DNA of 64,000 nucleotides, from the NCBI GenBank assembly GCA_963796105.1, contig CAWCKJ010000004.1, forward strand, positions 416,001-480,000. The letters are read 5' to 3'. Numbering within the stretch: the first letter of the stretch is position 1; every line of letters starts with the position of its first letter. Shown here piece by piece: positions 30,157 through 39,423 of the stretch. The stretch comes from a candidate division FCPU426 bacterium (GTDB lineage: Bacteria; Oederibacteriota; Muellerivitia; Muellerivitales; Muellerivitaceae). Below the pieces are notes generated by a model. It was given only the letters and a program-made list of their open reading frames with translations, did no database searches and was not told where the DNA came from. The position numbers and the translations under genes are program-made.

Positions 30157-31860
30157 CCCGGATTTCCCAGATGGAATTTCCTTTCGAGTATAATAAGACA
30201 ACGTTTGGCCATATAAACAAAGGTTTTTCTTCGTGTTGGGGAACATGAGAGGGGGAAATGCAATGGGTGAAGGCGGAAAAGACGCTCTTCGGGTGGTTTT
30301 TGATCCTGGCCTCAAGTTGGAGTTCCATGGTGCGAAGGTCACTTCCGATGGCGGGTTGATTCCCTATCGCGAACTCGACGAAGCTTTTGGTTTGACTGAC
30401 AGAACAGAAAACATCCTTTGGGATCGGCGGACCGGTAAGAATACGCAACACACGATGACGGCGCTTCTTCGCCAGTCGGTATTCAGCCGCTTGGCCGGTT
30501 ATGAGGATACCAACGACGCAGAACGCCTGAGTGTCGATCCTGCGATGCGGCATGTGATCGGAGGACGGGCCAAGGAAAAACAAGCTGCCTCCACCAGCCA
30601 GATGGGACGTTTCGAGACGGAAGTTCTCACCCAGTCGAAGAACCAGACCGGTCTGATTGACCTATCGGGCCAATGGATTGATGGTGTCCATGAAAAAAAG
30701 CCCATCCAGCAGATTATTCTCGACATGGACAGCTCCGTGAGTGAAACCTACGGGGACCAAGAAGGTTCCTTGTACAACGGTTACTTCGGCTGTACCTGTT
30801 ACCATCCCCTGTTTTGCTTCAACCAGTTCGGCGATTTGGAACGGGCTATGTTGCGCAACGGCAATGTGGCCAGTGCCCACGAATGGCGTTCGGTTCTTGA
30901 ACCGGTAGTTGCCCGCTACCGGGGTCTTTCCATCAGCCGGTTTTTCCGGGGTGACGCGGCTTTCGCCCGTCAGGAACTATACGAATACCTAGAAGGCGAA
31001 GGATATCTTTACGCGATCCGCCAACCTGCCAATGCCATACTCCAACGGGAAATCGAGCCATTTTTAACCCGTCCCGTGGGCCGCCCCTCCCACAAGCCGG
31101 TTGTCCGGTTTCACAGCTTCCAATACCAAGCCGTCAGCTGGGACAAACCCCGCCGCGTGGTGGCGAAGATTGAGCATCACAACGGCGAACTTTTCCCGAG
31201 GGTGGGTTTCATCGTAACGAACATGCGACGACCGGCACCCCAGGTGGTGAAATTCTACAACGGAAGAGGCACGGCTGAGCAGTGGATCAAAGAGGGAAAG
31301 TATGCGATGAAGTGGACAAGACTAAGCTGCCACGACTTCGCGGACAACCAAGTGCGCTTACAACTATTCGCCCTGGCCTACAATCTGGGCAACTTCCTGC
31401 GCCGACTGGCACTGCCAGAACTGGTGAAACATTGGTCGCTAACGACCTTGAGGGAAAAACTCATCAAGATCGGGGCTAATGTCATCCGTCATTCGCGGTA
31501 CGTTATTTTCCAGATGGCGGAGGTGATGGTTTCCCGACGCCTGTTTGCTGAAATCCTCAATCGGATACGGCTACTGGCAATGGTAAGGCCGCGAGCGCCA
31601 GTACTGCGATAACCGCAGGAACACTTCATGGCTTCAACCGGATCAACCATCGTGGGATAGGTGTGCGTTCACAACGAGAATTGGCTTTCTGGAAGGTCAT
31701 TTTCAACTTTTTTGGGGCACAGAAACCCTTTTTTGGGCTCATTTCGCTGGCCTTGGGCCAGAAAATTCCGGATACGGGTGGAAGAAGCGGGGGGGGGGAA
31801 TATAATGAGAAACAAATTACCCGGCAATGTTTTCAGAGAAGGTCATCTGGGAAATTCCGG
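30157..31860 (+). mobile_element. IS1380-family insertion sequence
   Basis: Inverted repeats CCCGGATTTCCCAGATG / CATCTGGGAAATTCCGG; no clear target duplication. Confidence 0.88.
30263..31612 (+). CDS. IS1380 transposase
   Basis: TSDGGL, GYEDTND, LDMDSS, RGDAAF, YNGRGTAEQWIKEGK. Confidence 0.93.
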   Translation: MGEGGKDALRVVFDPGLKLEFHGAKVTSDGGLIPYRELDEAFGLTDRTENILWDRRTGKNTQHTMTALLRQSVFSRLAGYEDTNDAERLSVDPAMRHVIGGRAKEKQAASTSQMGRFETEVLTQSKNQTGLIDLSGQWIDGVHEKKPIQQIILDMDSSVSETYGDQEGSLYNGYFGCTCYHPLFCFNQFGDLERAMLRNGNVASAHEWRSVLEPVVARYRGLSISRFFRGDAAFARQELYEYLEGEGYLYAIRQPANAILQREIEPFLTRPVGRPSHKPVVRFHSFQYQAVSWDKPRRVVAKIEHHNGELFPRVGFIVTNMRRPAPQVVKFYNGRGTAEQWIKEGKYAMKWTRLSCHDFADNQVRLQLFALAYNLGNFLRRLALPELVKHWSLTTLREKLIKIGANVIRHSRYVIFQMAEVMVSRRLFAEILNRIRLLAMVRPRAPVLR

Positions 31861-32008
31861 TTAACTATTTTAAAATTTAACGTTAAGGGTAGTGTTTTTA
31901 CTTAGATTTAAACGCTTTATGATGGACATATAAGGCCTTTTTTATTACCCTACATCCCTGGCAAAACTAACCTTTTGCCGAAAAATTCAAAAATATCTTG
32001 GAGGATAC

Positions 32009-33568
32009 ATGAAGACGAAAAAATTCTTTTTGATCATGCCATTGATTCTTCTGATGGCGGCTTGGGTGATCGGGCAAGGGTGCGGTTCCAAATCCAACCC
32101 TACTACTCCCCCGCCCGCCAATACCAATACACCAACACTCACATCAACAAAAACGCTGACACCTGTTCCCACTAATACTTCAACATCGACGCACACGTTG
32201 ACGATGACGTCGACGGTAACGAACACGTCAACGGATACTCCTACGATTACGGTTGTGGTGAATACGGATACGCCGACAATGACCCCGACCAATACGGTTC
32301 CGGTCAATACGGCCACGCCGACAAATACCCCGACTTCCACCAATACAGCCTGCTCGGGTGTGACTTACGTAGCAACTTATACCTTTGACACTGATATACA
32401 ATGTTGGGCGATTGGGACGGGCCCTGCTGGGGCGGCCCTTTCGACATCCACGACAACCACCCATAATTCATCGGCAGGTTCCTTGCAAGTCAGTTTACCC
32501 GCTCTATCGAGCAAATTGGATGTGGGCGCGAATTATAACTGGCCCTGGGTCGTTGTCCCAAGCTTAAGCGGCAGCATCGCGGTGACCTACAGCGCGTATG
32601 TCTGGGTTGATCCGAGCCTCGTATCAGGTACTGGCTCGAACAACCAGATTTGGATGCAGTCGGTAGGCTGGGGAACCTGGAGTTCCATTAGCTATACGAC
32701 CAGTGTCATCACTGGCCAGTGGGTTTCCTTTGGCGGAGCGGTCACGATTGGCTCTGGTGTGCCGGGCACTCCGGTCACTATTAACAATGTCGGGTATGAA
32801 TTGGTTCCGGGAAGCACGGCCACGGCAGGGAATGTTTATATTGACGATGTTTCCCTAACATTTGCTGATATGCCGGTTCCAACTGCCACGAACACCCCAA
32901 CGGAAACTCTTACTCCCATTCCAAGTGCTCCTACGAATACGCCGACCGAAACACCAACTTCTACTGCGACTTGCTCTTGGGTTTCCACCAACCCCAATCT
33001 GATCGACGACATGGAGGCTAACGATTCAGCGGAAATGCCCCATGCGGTGCTTCCGCTTAACCAGTGCCGGAACGGGAACTGGTGGGACAGCAATGATGGG
33101 ACAGGTGGTGGAACCATGAATTTCCAGATTGCATCCGGCGGAGTTGGGGAAAATTGCACCGGAACCAGCAATTACGCGATGGAGTGCACCGTAAATGCCG
33201 GGTTCACCAATTGGGGTGATAATTTCGGTTTAACCCTGACGAATCCCCAGGCCCCCTACGATGCCAGCCTGTTTACCGGTGTTCAGTTCTGCATAAAAGA
33301 TACAACTGGCAACTTGAGTTCTAGTAATTTTAACTTTGCCATAGCGGATTTGAATTCGGTAAATAATGGCCAAGGTGAACACGCGGTAGCAGCTAATGTA
33401 TCGTCTTCGTGGCAACAAGACCAAGTGACACTTGCCGCCATTGCCGCGTCGAGCAATACCTGGGGCAACGCCACTGTCTTTCAGTCGAGCGCAATTGAGA
33501 TGTTGAAGTGGGAGCCTCCGAAGTCCACTGCTTATGATATTTGGGTCGATAACGTAGAATTCTATTGA
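32009..33568 (+). CDS. Thr/Pro-rich lipoprotein with two probable carbohydrate-binding beta-sandwich domains
   Basis: Signal peptide ending GQGC; PT linkers; domains ending YIDDV and WVDNVEF; LIDDME...YDASLFTGVQF resembles CBM11. Confidence 0.7.
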   Translation: MKTKKFFLIMPLILLMAAWVIGQGCGSKSNPTTPPPANTNTPTLTSTKTLTPVPTNTSTSTHTLTMTSTVTNTSTDTPTITVVVNTDTPTMTPTNTVPVNTATPTNTPTSTNTACSGVTYVATYTFDTDIQCWAIGTGPAGAALSTSTTTTHNSSAGSLQVSLPALSSKLDVGANYNWPWVVVPSLSGSIAVTYSAYVWVDPSLVSGTGSNNQIWMQSVGWGTWSSISYTTSVITGQWVSFGGAVTIGSGVPGTPVTINNVGYELVPGSTATAGNVYIDDVSLTFADMPVPTATNTPTETLTPIPSAPTNTPTETPTSTATCSWVSTNPNLIDDMEANDSAEMPHAVLPLNQCRNGNWWDSNDGTGGGTMNFQIASGGVGENCTGTSNYAMECTVNAGFTNWGDNFGLTLTNPQAPYDASLFTGVQFCIKDTTGNLSSSNFNFAIADLNSVNNGQGEHAVAANVSSSWQQDQVTLAAIAASSNTWGNATVFQSSAIEMLKWEPPKSTAYDIWVDNVEFY

Positions 33569-33591
33569 AATTGTAACCACGTTTTGGTTTG

Positions 33592-33628
33592 AAAGCGGCC
33601 CGCCCCAAAGGCGGGCCGCTTTTTTTTT
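33592..33628 (+). terminator. intrinsic terminator
   Basis: AAAGCGGCCCGCC-CCAAA-GGCGGGCCGC-T9. Confidence 0.88.
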
Positions 33629-34411
33629 GCCCGAATAAACTTTTATTTTCTTCGCACCCGACACTTTTTCGATTAAAAGCAGTTGAAATCGAGCCAAGGT
33701 TTATCGAAGCATTTAAAAATTTGGGTGAGATTTATAAGAATATCGGCCAAACAGAAAAATCAACCGATGCTTTCCAAAAAGCAAGTTCACTAGAACCTTG
33801 GTTAAAGAAGATTTTAGGAATTTTCTAATGTTCAACCACCGAATCGTGAGAGATCTAAATTGCGCCGTGGATAACCCATCCTAATCGGCGGTTGAAATTC
33901 ACGGCCACTTTCACGTATCCCATGCTTAACATCTGTAAGAGTTTTCCATTATCCATTGGGCCGCAACATTTTGTTGAATTTGGTCATTTAGAAGTTTGGG
34001 ATTTTAGGCCTGGGGATGAAATTAGTTTAAAAAACCAAGATTTTAAACCGTTGATTACAAAAGTGCCTTGATCGCTGCTTTCCACCTAAAAAAGTTTTCT
34101 AAAAGCCAGATTCTTTTTTGAATTGCGTAAAAAATGGGGCCAGGTTTTGAATACGGCATTTAGAATAAAAGTGTAAATCCGTTACCGTATTCCAGGGGGA
34201 AGACTTTCTCCCCAAAGAAATTCTTTTTGCGGCTTGTCTAAAATTCGATTATCATTTGTTTGGGACTGGGAATACCTGGTCAGCGGACGGCGTTGGAAAC
34301 GGCGCTGTCCGTTTATTTTATCTACCTAAATTTTTCCCTAGTTTAAATAAAAAAGACCCCCGGAATTACCGAGAGCCCCTTTGTCATAACTTTTTAGGTT
34401 TGGGTGGCGCT

Positions 34412-34672
34412 TCAGGGTTTTTTTATCAAACCCTGGAAAAAACTATTCACGCAATCAACGCTTAATTGAAAAAGTTCCGCCATGTGTTTAACGGGATTGC
34501 GTTGAATCTGCGGGTCATGCTCTTTTTTCGAGCCCCTTGGCAAGGCGTATGTTTTCCCGTCGTAGAAAACCAAATTACTATGGGTGCTTTCCCTATAAGT
34601 GGCTTTTCCACCGGCGCACTTCTTCAGCATCTCGAATACTTCGCTTAGCCTAACCTGGCCTTTTGGACCCAA
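34412..34672 (-). CDS. HicA-like toxin (divergent)
   Basis: 86 aa from TTG; alpha-beta-beta-beta-alpha pattern with STH at the HicA GSH position; follows the HicB-like gene. Confidence 0.5.
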   Translation of the reverse strand: MGPKGQVRLSEVFEMLKKCAGGKATYRESTHSNLVFYDGKTYALPRGSKKEHDPQIQRNPVKHMAELFQLSVDCVNSFFQGLIKKP

Positions 34673-34674
34673 TA

Positions 34675-35175
34675 TCAGGCCGCCGAGGCGTATATGTATT
34701 CGGGATTGTCCTGCGGGGAAGGCGACCAATTCTTTTGGGCATCCAACTGGACGCAAGCGACGACCCTTGCGGGCGCATCATCGGTGATTTTATCCAGGCT
34801 TGAAAATGCGCCGTCCGGTTTCAAAGCGCCGGACCGAATGGCGTTCCGGGTTTCCTTCCAAATTGCCGCTTGGGCCTTGTTTTCTTCCGTAACGAAATTG
34901 TTCACTGACTTTTGAAAGTCGGCGAAGTTACCGGCATTTACGGCCAAATCCTCCAAGACGCCCCGGAAGAACTCCCGGAAATTCAGGTACGCTTCCTGGG
35001 GGGTGGCGCCCTCTTGGGCGATTCCACCGGGACTCACGCCGTATAACCACCATTCGCTATTCTCGTCCTCTTTTTCTTCAGCCATGAGGACGCGGCCTTC
35101 GATTTGAACACCGGCCAAAAAACCGGGACCGGCAATCAAGTCTTTGAATTTGAAAATCAATGGATAAGCGTCCAT
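34675..35175 (-). CDS. HicB-like antitoxin (divergent)
   Basis: PGGIAQEGATPQEAYLNFRE matches the HicB G.T.EEA..N..E motif. Confidence 0.6.
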   Translation of the reverse strand: MDAYPLIFKFKDLIAGPGFLAGVQIEGRVLMAEEKEDENSEWWLYGVSPGGIAQEGATPQEAYLNFREFFRGVLEDLAVNAGNFADFQKSVNNFVTEENKAQAAIWKETRNAIRSGALKPDGAFSSLDKITDDAPARVVACVQLDAQKNWSPSPQDNPEYIYASAA

Positions 35176-35789
35176 AAGGGCTCCTGCTCTTTACGTTCCT
35201 AACGTCAAAATTAGCAACTTCTTCACTGGATGTCCACAGGTAAGGGAAATAAGGGGGTAACGATAGTCAAGTGCTTGTGCCAAGTCAATGCTTTTATCCA
35301 AGCCCTTGTTTCAATGGGTTTCAACCCCCAATGGAAAGGGAACTGTGCGATTTAGCGTCTGGATATTAACCCTTAGATTTTTAGGACTCGAATGACACGG
35401 TTATGACAATTAGGGGTATTTACTTTTTCCCTGAAAATTCAGCAGATTTTTTGAGCACTGGATAAAAAGTCCGGTGCGTAACGCCAAAAGAGGAATTTTC
35501 CCGTGTCATAACCGTGTCATTCATGACCATGATTTACGATTATTGACCGTCGCCAACTATCACCAACCGTCACCAACAAAAAAGGCCTCTGCCTGCCCTG
35601 GTTCCTAAAACCATTGCAGACAAAGGCCCGTTAAACGCTGATGGGGACGATGAATTTTAAAAGTTTTTTAGCCGGAAAGTCTGGAAACCATCGAGGTCGA
35701 TTTCGAGTCAGCCGCATTCGACCACTCTGCCATCTCTCCGAAACGTCCACTCTGCCATCTCGCCGGAACTCAACCAAGGAAGAAGCGGT

Positions 35790-35819
35790 ATTGTAGAAGA
35801 TAAAGCGAGATTTGGACAA
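35790..35819 (-). promoter_or_regulatory. probable native tRNA-Ser promoter
   Basis: TTGTCC-N18-TACAAT on the minus strand, just upstream of the displaced tRNA 5' fragments. Confidence 0.6.
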
Positions 35820-36031
35820 GATTCGGCCTGAATTTGCTCAAATAATCACATCATTGCCGTCCAAATGAAACAAAAACCAAGGAACAAAGATAAATTAAAT
35901 CAGTAGTTTTTAATTCTAAAAAGCGTTAAGCAAAACCAAGTCATTTGCCACGGATTCAGGGGATGCACTCGGATAGAACACAGAAAAGAGGCTTTAAACT
36001 TATGTTTTTAAAATCCCATGTATCCCATGCA

Positions 36032-36108
36032 TGCCAGCCCTCCCATAAGGCTATTCAAGGGGGCTGGTATCGTAGCAATCTCCATATAAGTTTTATGGCA
36101 GATTGGCA
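36032..36108 (+). repeat. double-hairpin MITE-like element, copy 5
   Basis: CA|TGCCAGCC...AGATTGGCA|CA inside ATCCCATGCA|TCTGTGGC; empty analogue at 42298-42328. Confidence 0.85.
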
Positions 36109-36267
36109 CATCTGTGGCCAAAGTCTATTTTTGGAAAGTTGTGCTTCAAAACCCGTGTTTATTTGCGCCCATCAACATCAAAAGCGTTCTTTCGGTTCAT
36201 CTTCCATTTGCTATCATATAGCGGCCCCGGATTTATACGGGGAACCCCAATATTTGAGGTGAAAGCT

Positions 36268-36912
36268 ATGAAAAGAGTGCACATTTCCCAGATTAGGCGG
36301 AAATATTCCACCACCGGTTTGGTGGAAAAAGACGCTCCCCGGAATCCCCTGGTCCTTTTTGACCGGTGGTTCAAGGAAGCCTTGCAAGCCAATATCCTGG
36401 ACGTGAACGCCATGACCCTCGCCACCGTCTCCCCCCAGGGTAAGCCCAAAGTCCGGGCCATTCTCTTGAAGGGATTTGATAGTCGGGGTTTCGTTTTTTA
36501 CACCAATTACGAAAGCGACAAGGCACGGGACCTGGTCAAACATTCCCAGGTGAGCATGCTCTTCTTCTGGCCCCTCTTGAAACGGCAGGTCCGCGTTGAC
36601 GGCAGGGCCCAAAAAGTCCCGGCCAAGGAATCCGACCAATACTTTAAAATTCGGCCCCGCGACAGCCAGATAGGGGTCTGGGCTTCCCGCCAGAGCCGGG
36701 TGATCCCCGGCAGGGAGATTCTGGAAAAAAGCATGAGGCTCCTGGAAAGGAAATTCAGGAACAAACCCGTGCCCCGTCCCCCCCATTGGGGCGGCTACCG
36801 CGTGATTCCGGAAACATTCGAATTCTGGAAGGGCCGGCCCCACCGCCTGCACGACCGGATCCGCTACAACCTCCTGAAGGGAAAATGGAAAATAGACAGG
36901 CTCTCCCCCTGA
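36268..36912 (+). CDS. pdxH: pyridoxamine 5'-phosphate oxidase, copy 1
   Basis: NAMTLAT, LLKG, FYTNYES.K, RQVRVDG, WAS.QS, RPPHWGGY, EFWKGR..RLHDR. Confidence 0.95.
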   Translation: MKRVHISQIRRKYSTTGLVEKDAPRNPLVLFDRWFKEALQANILDVNAMTLATVSPQGKPKVRAILLKGFDSRGFVFYTNYESDKARDLVKHSQVSMLFFWPLLKRQVRVDGRAQKVPAKESDQYFKIRPRDSQIGVWASRQSRVIPGREILEKSMRLLERKFRNKPVPRPPHWGGYRVIPETFEFWKGRPHRLHDRIRYNLLKGKWKIDRLSP

Positions 36913-36913
36913 A

Positions 36914-37717
36914 ATGAAGGCGATCCCCAGGCAACCCAAGGGGCATCAGGCCCCTTCCCCCCCCGATCCCCAGGCCGTCTCCCAAATGAGGCGGGAATAC
37001 AACCCGTCGGCCCAAAACAGCTGGGGAAACCCCATGAAGGCCGTCCGGTTTTACAAATACTGGTTCCAGCAGGTCCTTCGGGTCATTTCGGTCATGAAGC
37101 ACGAGTACAACACCAGGGGCCTCACCGAGAAATCCGCTTCCGCCGATCCCTTCGAACTGTTCCGGATTTGGTTCGAGGAGGCTGTGCGTTCCAAGGTGCT
37201 GGACCCCAACGCCATGACGCTGGGCACCCTCGGGAAAAATTCCAGCCCGGCCCTTCGGACGGTGCTCCTGAAGGGTTTCGATCCCTCGGGTTTCGTTTTC
37301 TACACGAACTACGAGAGCCAAAAGGGGAGGGAAATCGACCGTAAGGGCTCGGCCTGCCTCCTTTTTTATTGGCCCACCCTGGTGAGGCAGGTTCGCATCG
37401 ACGGCAGGGTCCAAAAGGTCTCGGCGGCGGAATCGGACGAGTATTTCCAGAGCAGGCCCAGGGGAAGCCAACTTTCCGCTTGGGCCTCCAGGCAAAGCAG
37501 GAGCGTCCCTGGAAGGGAAACCCTGGAGAAGCAAATGGCGGCCTTTGAGAGGAAATTCAAGGGAAAACCCGTGCCAAGGCCTCCCCATTGGGGGGGGTAC
37601 CGCCTTGTCCCTCATCGCTTTGAGTTTTGGAACGGCCGTCCCAACCGCCTCCACGACCGTTTGTGTTACACGAAAAGTTCTTCCGGCAAGTGGTTTCGGG
37701 AACGGCTTTCGCCGTAA
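36914..37717 (+). CDS. pdxH: pyridoxamine 5'-phosphate oxidase, copy 2, with a duplicated N-terminal segment
   Basis: Same motif set; the start is uncertain (36914 or ~37093). Confidence 0.9.
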   Translation: MKAIPRQPKGHQAPSPPDPQAVSQMRREYNPSAQNSWGNPMKAVRFYKYWFQQVLRVISVMKHEYNTRGLTEKSASADPFELFRIWFEEAVRSKVLDPNAMTLGTLGKNSSPALRTVLLKGFDPSGFVFYTNYESQKGREIDRKGSACLLFYWPTLVRQVRIDGRVQKVSAAESDEYFQSRPRGSQLSAWASRQSRSVPGRETLEKQMAAFERKFKGKPVPRPPHWGGYRLVPHRFEFWNGRPNRLHDRLCYTKSSSGKWFRERLSP

Positions 37718-37864
37718 AATCTGATCAGTAACTTTTAAAGAACGCAAACAAAATTGTTTCTTTAAACTGTGGGGAATCGCACCGAAGTAAGTTGTTGTTA
37801 GGTTTACGCCATTAAAGAATTGATGTTTCACCCGATTGTTCCCTTGTGGTTCTGAAAGAACCTG

Positions 37865-37938
37865 TGCCGATCTTATATGAAAAACATAATGAGATCGGTA
37901 CGATACCAGCCTCATTGAAGTTCTATTGAAGGCTGGCA
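37865..37938 (-). repeat. double-hairpin MITE-like element, copy 6
   Basis: TG|TGCCGATC...GGCTGGCA|TG inside GTGGTTCTGAAAGAACCTG|TGGTG; empty analogue at 46625-46650. Confidence 0.88.
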
Positions 37939-37968
37939 TGTGGTGAAACTTGATTTTAGTTAGAAATT

Positions 37969-39380
37969 CACTGCTGTCCTAGATAAACCTATTTGTCTTT
38001 GAACCTCCCAGGAAAACAAGCGATTTAGGACAGGCTCGTGAATTTTCTGGGATAAGCCCCCCTCTTTCGTCCTGATGCTGTCCAAATTAAGAATGTATTA
38101 ATTCCATCTGCTTTTCCAAGGGTTCCAGTCTCGCCACTAGGAACGGTGCATCCAACCAGGCCCACAAATCACGATAGGTCAACAGGTTCATCCGTAGCAT
38201 GGCAGCCAAGTGGGATAAACTCCAGGCGATCCGGCTCTTCAATTGAAGGAACTTCAACAGTAGCATGGCAATCAATGCTGTCCAAATCTGCGTCTGAACG
38301 GCATTCTCAGTGGTACCCACAAAAGTTTTTACCCGGAGGTTCTGCTTGAGAGCCTTGAAAAACAACTCGATCTGCCAACGTTCCTTGTAAATGGCACCCA
38401 CCGTCGAGGCGGCAAAACCCATGTGGTTGGTCAGGAACACCAACTCCCGCTTCTGGTCTTCGTCCCATACCACCACCCGTCGCATCTCTTTAGGGTAGGC
38501 TTCATGTGACCGAAACGTCGTCAACCGTATCACCTGGTCCTTCAGGACGTTGCCCGTTTTCGGAACCGTCAGGCTTTTCACCACCTCGTAGGCCATGTTG
38601 ATCTTGGCCCGGGTCACCCACCACACGCCTTGGAATGTCCATCGGGCCAGAAGAAAGAAATCCACATACCCCCGATCCATCACCACGATTGAATCCACTG
38701 GAAAATCGAGCTTTTGGGCCACCTTCACGTCATGCGTGCCTCCCTCCGTTACGAGTCCCCAGCAGGGCAAGTACCCCTGATGGTCCAGCAGAAGATGGAG
38801 TTTGATGGCCCCTTTGGTTCTACGGAATTTCGCCCAGTCGAACACTGACAAACAAAGGTCGATGGTGCTGGAATCCAGGCTATAAAGAGGATTTTTAAAC
38901 CTGAATTTTCTTTTTGAGGTGGCCGCCAACAACTGGCACTTCGATAATAAATGGTAAAAAAGCTTTTGTTGAACCCGCCAAGAACGCTTGGTGTTGGCAT
39001 AGGCCAAGGTGGATTTAGTGGGAGCTTTGCAAAGACCCAAGTGGGTCAATTTCCCAAGGGCCGTACTGAGGCCGCCACAGATTTCCCTCAAGGAATGGGC
39101 TGCTCCCATCTGGCAGAAAAGCATGGAAACAAACTGATCCCAGCAACTGAATCCCTTGGAGTGCTTTTCGGCTTCAATCTCTCGCACGATTCGCTCAAAA
39201 GCGGTTCGGTCTACGAGTTTCAACACTTGGGCAAATAGACTGGTTGGTGGTACCATAAAAAAGCGCCTCCGTATGTTTGAAGTAGCGACGGCTGGTAACC
39301 GTTGCTTTGGGCTGTCATCAAACCCAATTCTACTTCAATCGGAGGCGTCTTTTTTTAGGCCTTTATTTAGGACAAGAGTG
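37969..39380 (-). mobile_element. IS4-family insertion sequence
   Basis: Inverted repeats CACTGCTGTCCTAGATAA / CACTCTTGTCCTAAATAA; 9-bp target duplication TTAGAAATT (37960-37968, 39381-39389). Confidence 0.9.
38087..39256 (-). CDS. IS4 transposase (DUF4372 + DDE)
   Basis: LDSSTI, KLHL, MDRGY, YKERWQIELFFKALKQ (YREK). Confidence 0.95.
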   Translation of the reverse strand: MVPPTSLFAQVLKLVDRTAFERIVREIEAEKHSKGFSCWDQFVSMLFCQMGAAHSLREICGGLSTALGKLTHLGLCKAPTKSTLAYANTKRSWRVQQKLFYHLLSKCQLLAATSKRKFRFKNPLYSLDSSTIDLCLSVFDWAKFRRTKGAIKLHLLLDHQGYLPCWGLVTEGGTHDVKVAQKLDFPVDSIVVMDRGYVDFFLLARWTFQGVWWVTRAKINMAYEVVKSLTVPKTGNVLKDQVIRLTTFRSHEAYPKEMRRVVVWDEDQKRELVFLTNHMGFAASTVGAIYKERWQIELFFKALKQNLRVKTFVGTTENAVQTQIWTALIAMLLLKFLQLKSRIAWSLSHLAAMLRMNLLTYRDLWAWLDAPFLVARLEPLEKQMELIHS

Positions 39381-39423
39381 TTAGAAATTCTAATGTTAGT
39401 CATGAGTCTGAATTAGGAAGCCA

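Larger units (their letters stand above)
24396..35740. mobile_element. integrative mobilisable element (~11.3 kb) in the 5' half of tRNA-Ser
   Basis: 42-bp direct repeat at 24396-24437 and 35699-35740; integrase, excisionase, relaxase, coupling protein; arm-like repeats GTGTCATAACCGTGTCA at 24513 and 35503, inverted at 35393. Confidence 0.92.

Noticed and set aside
35699..35766. Second tRNA-Ser gene
   Set aside because: 5' fragments only (att remnants); no variable arm, T-arm or 3' acceptor strand
36103..36267. N-terminal extension of pdxH copy 1
   Set aside because: It starts within a repeat element; GAGGTG precedes ATG 36268
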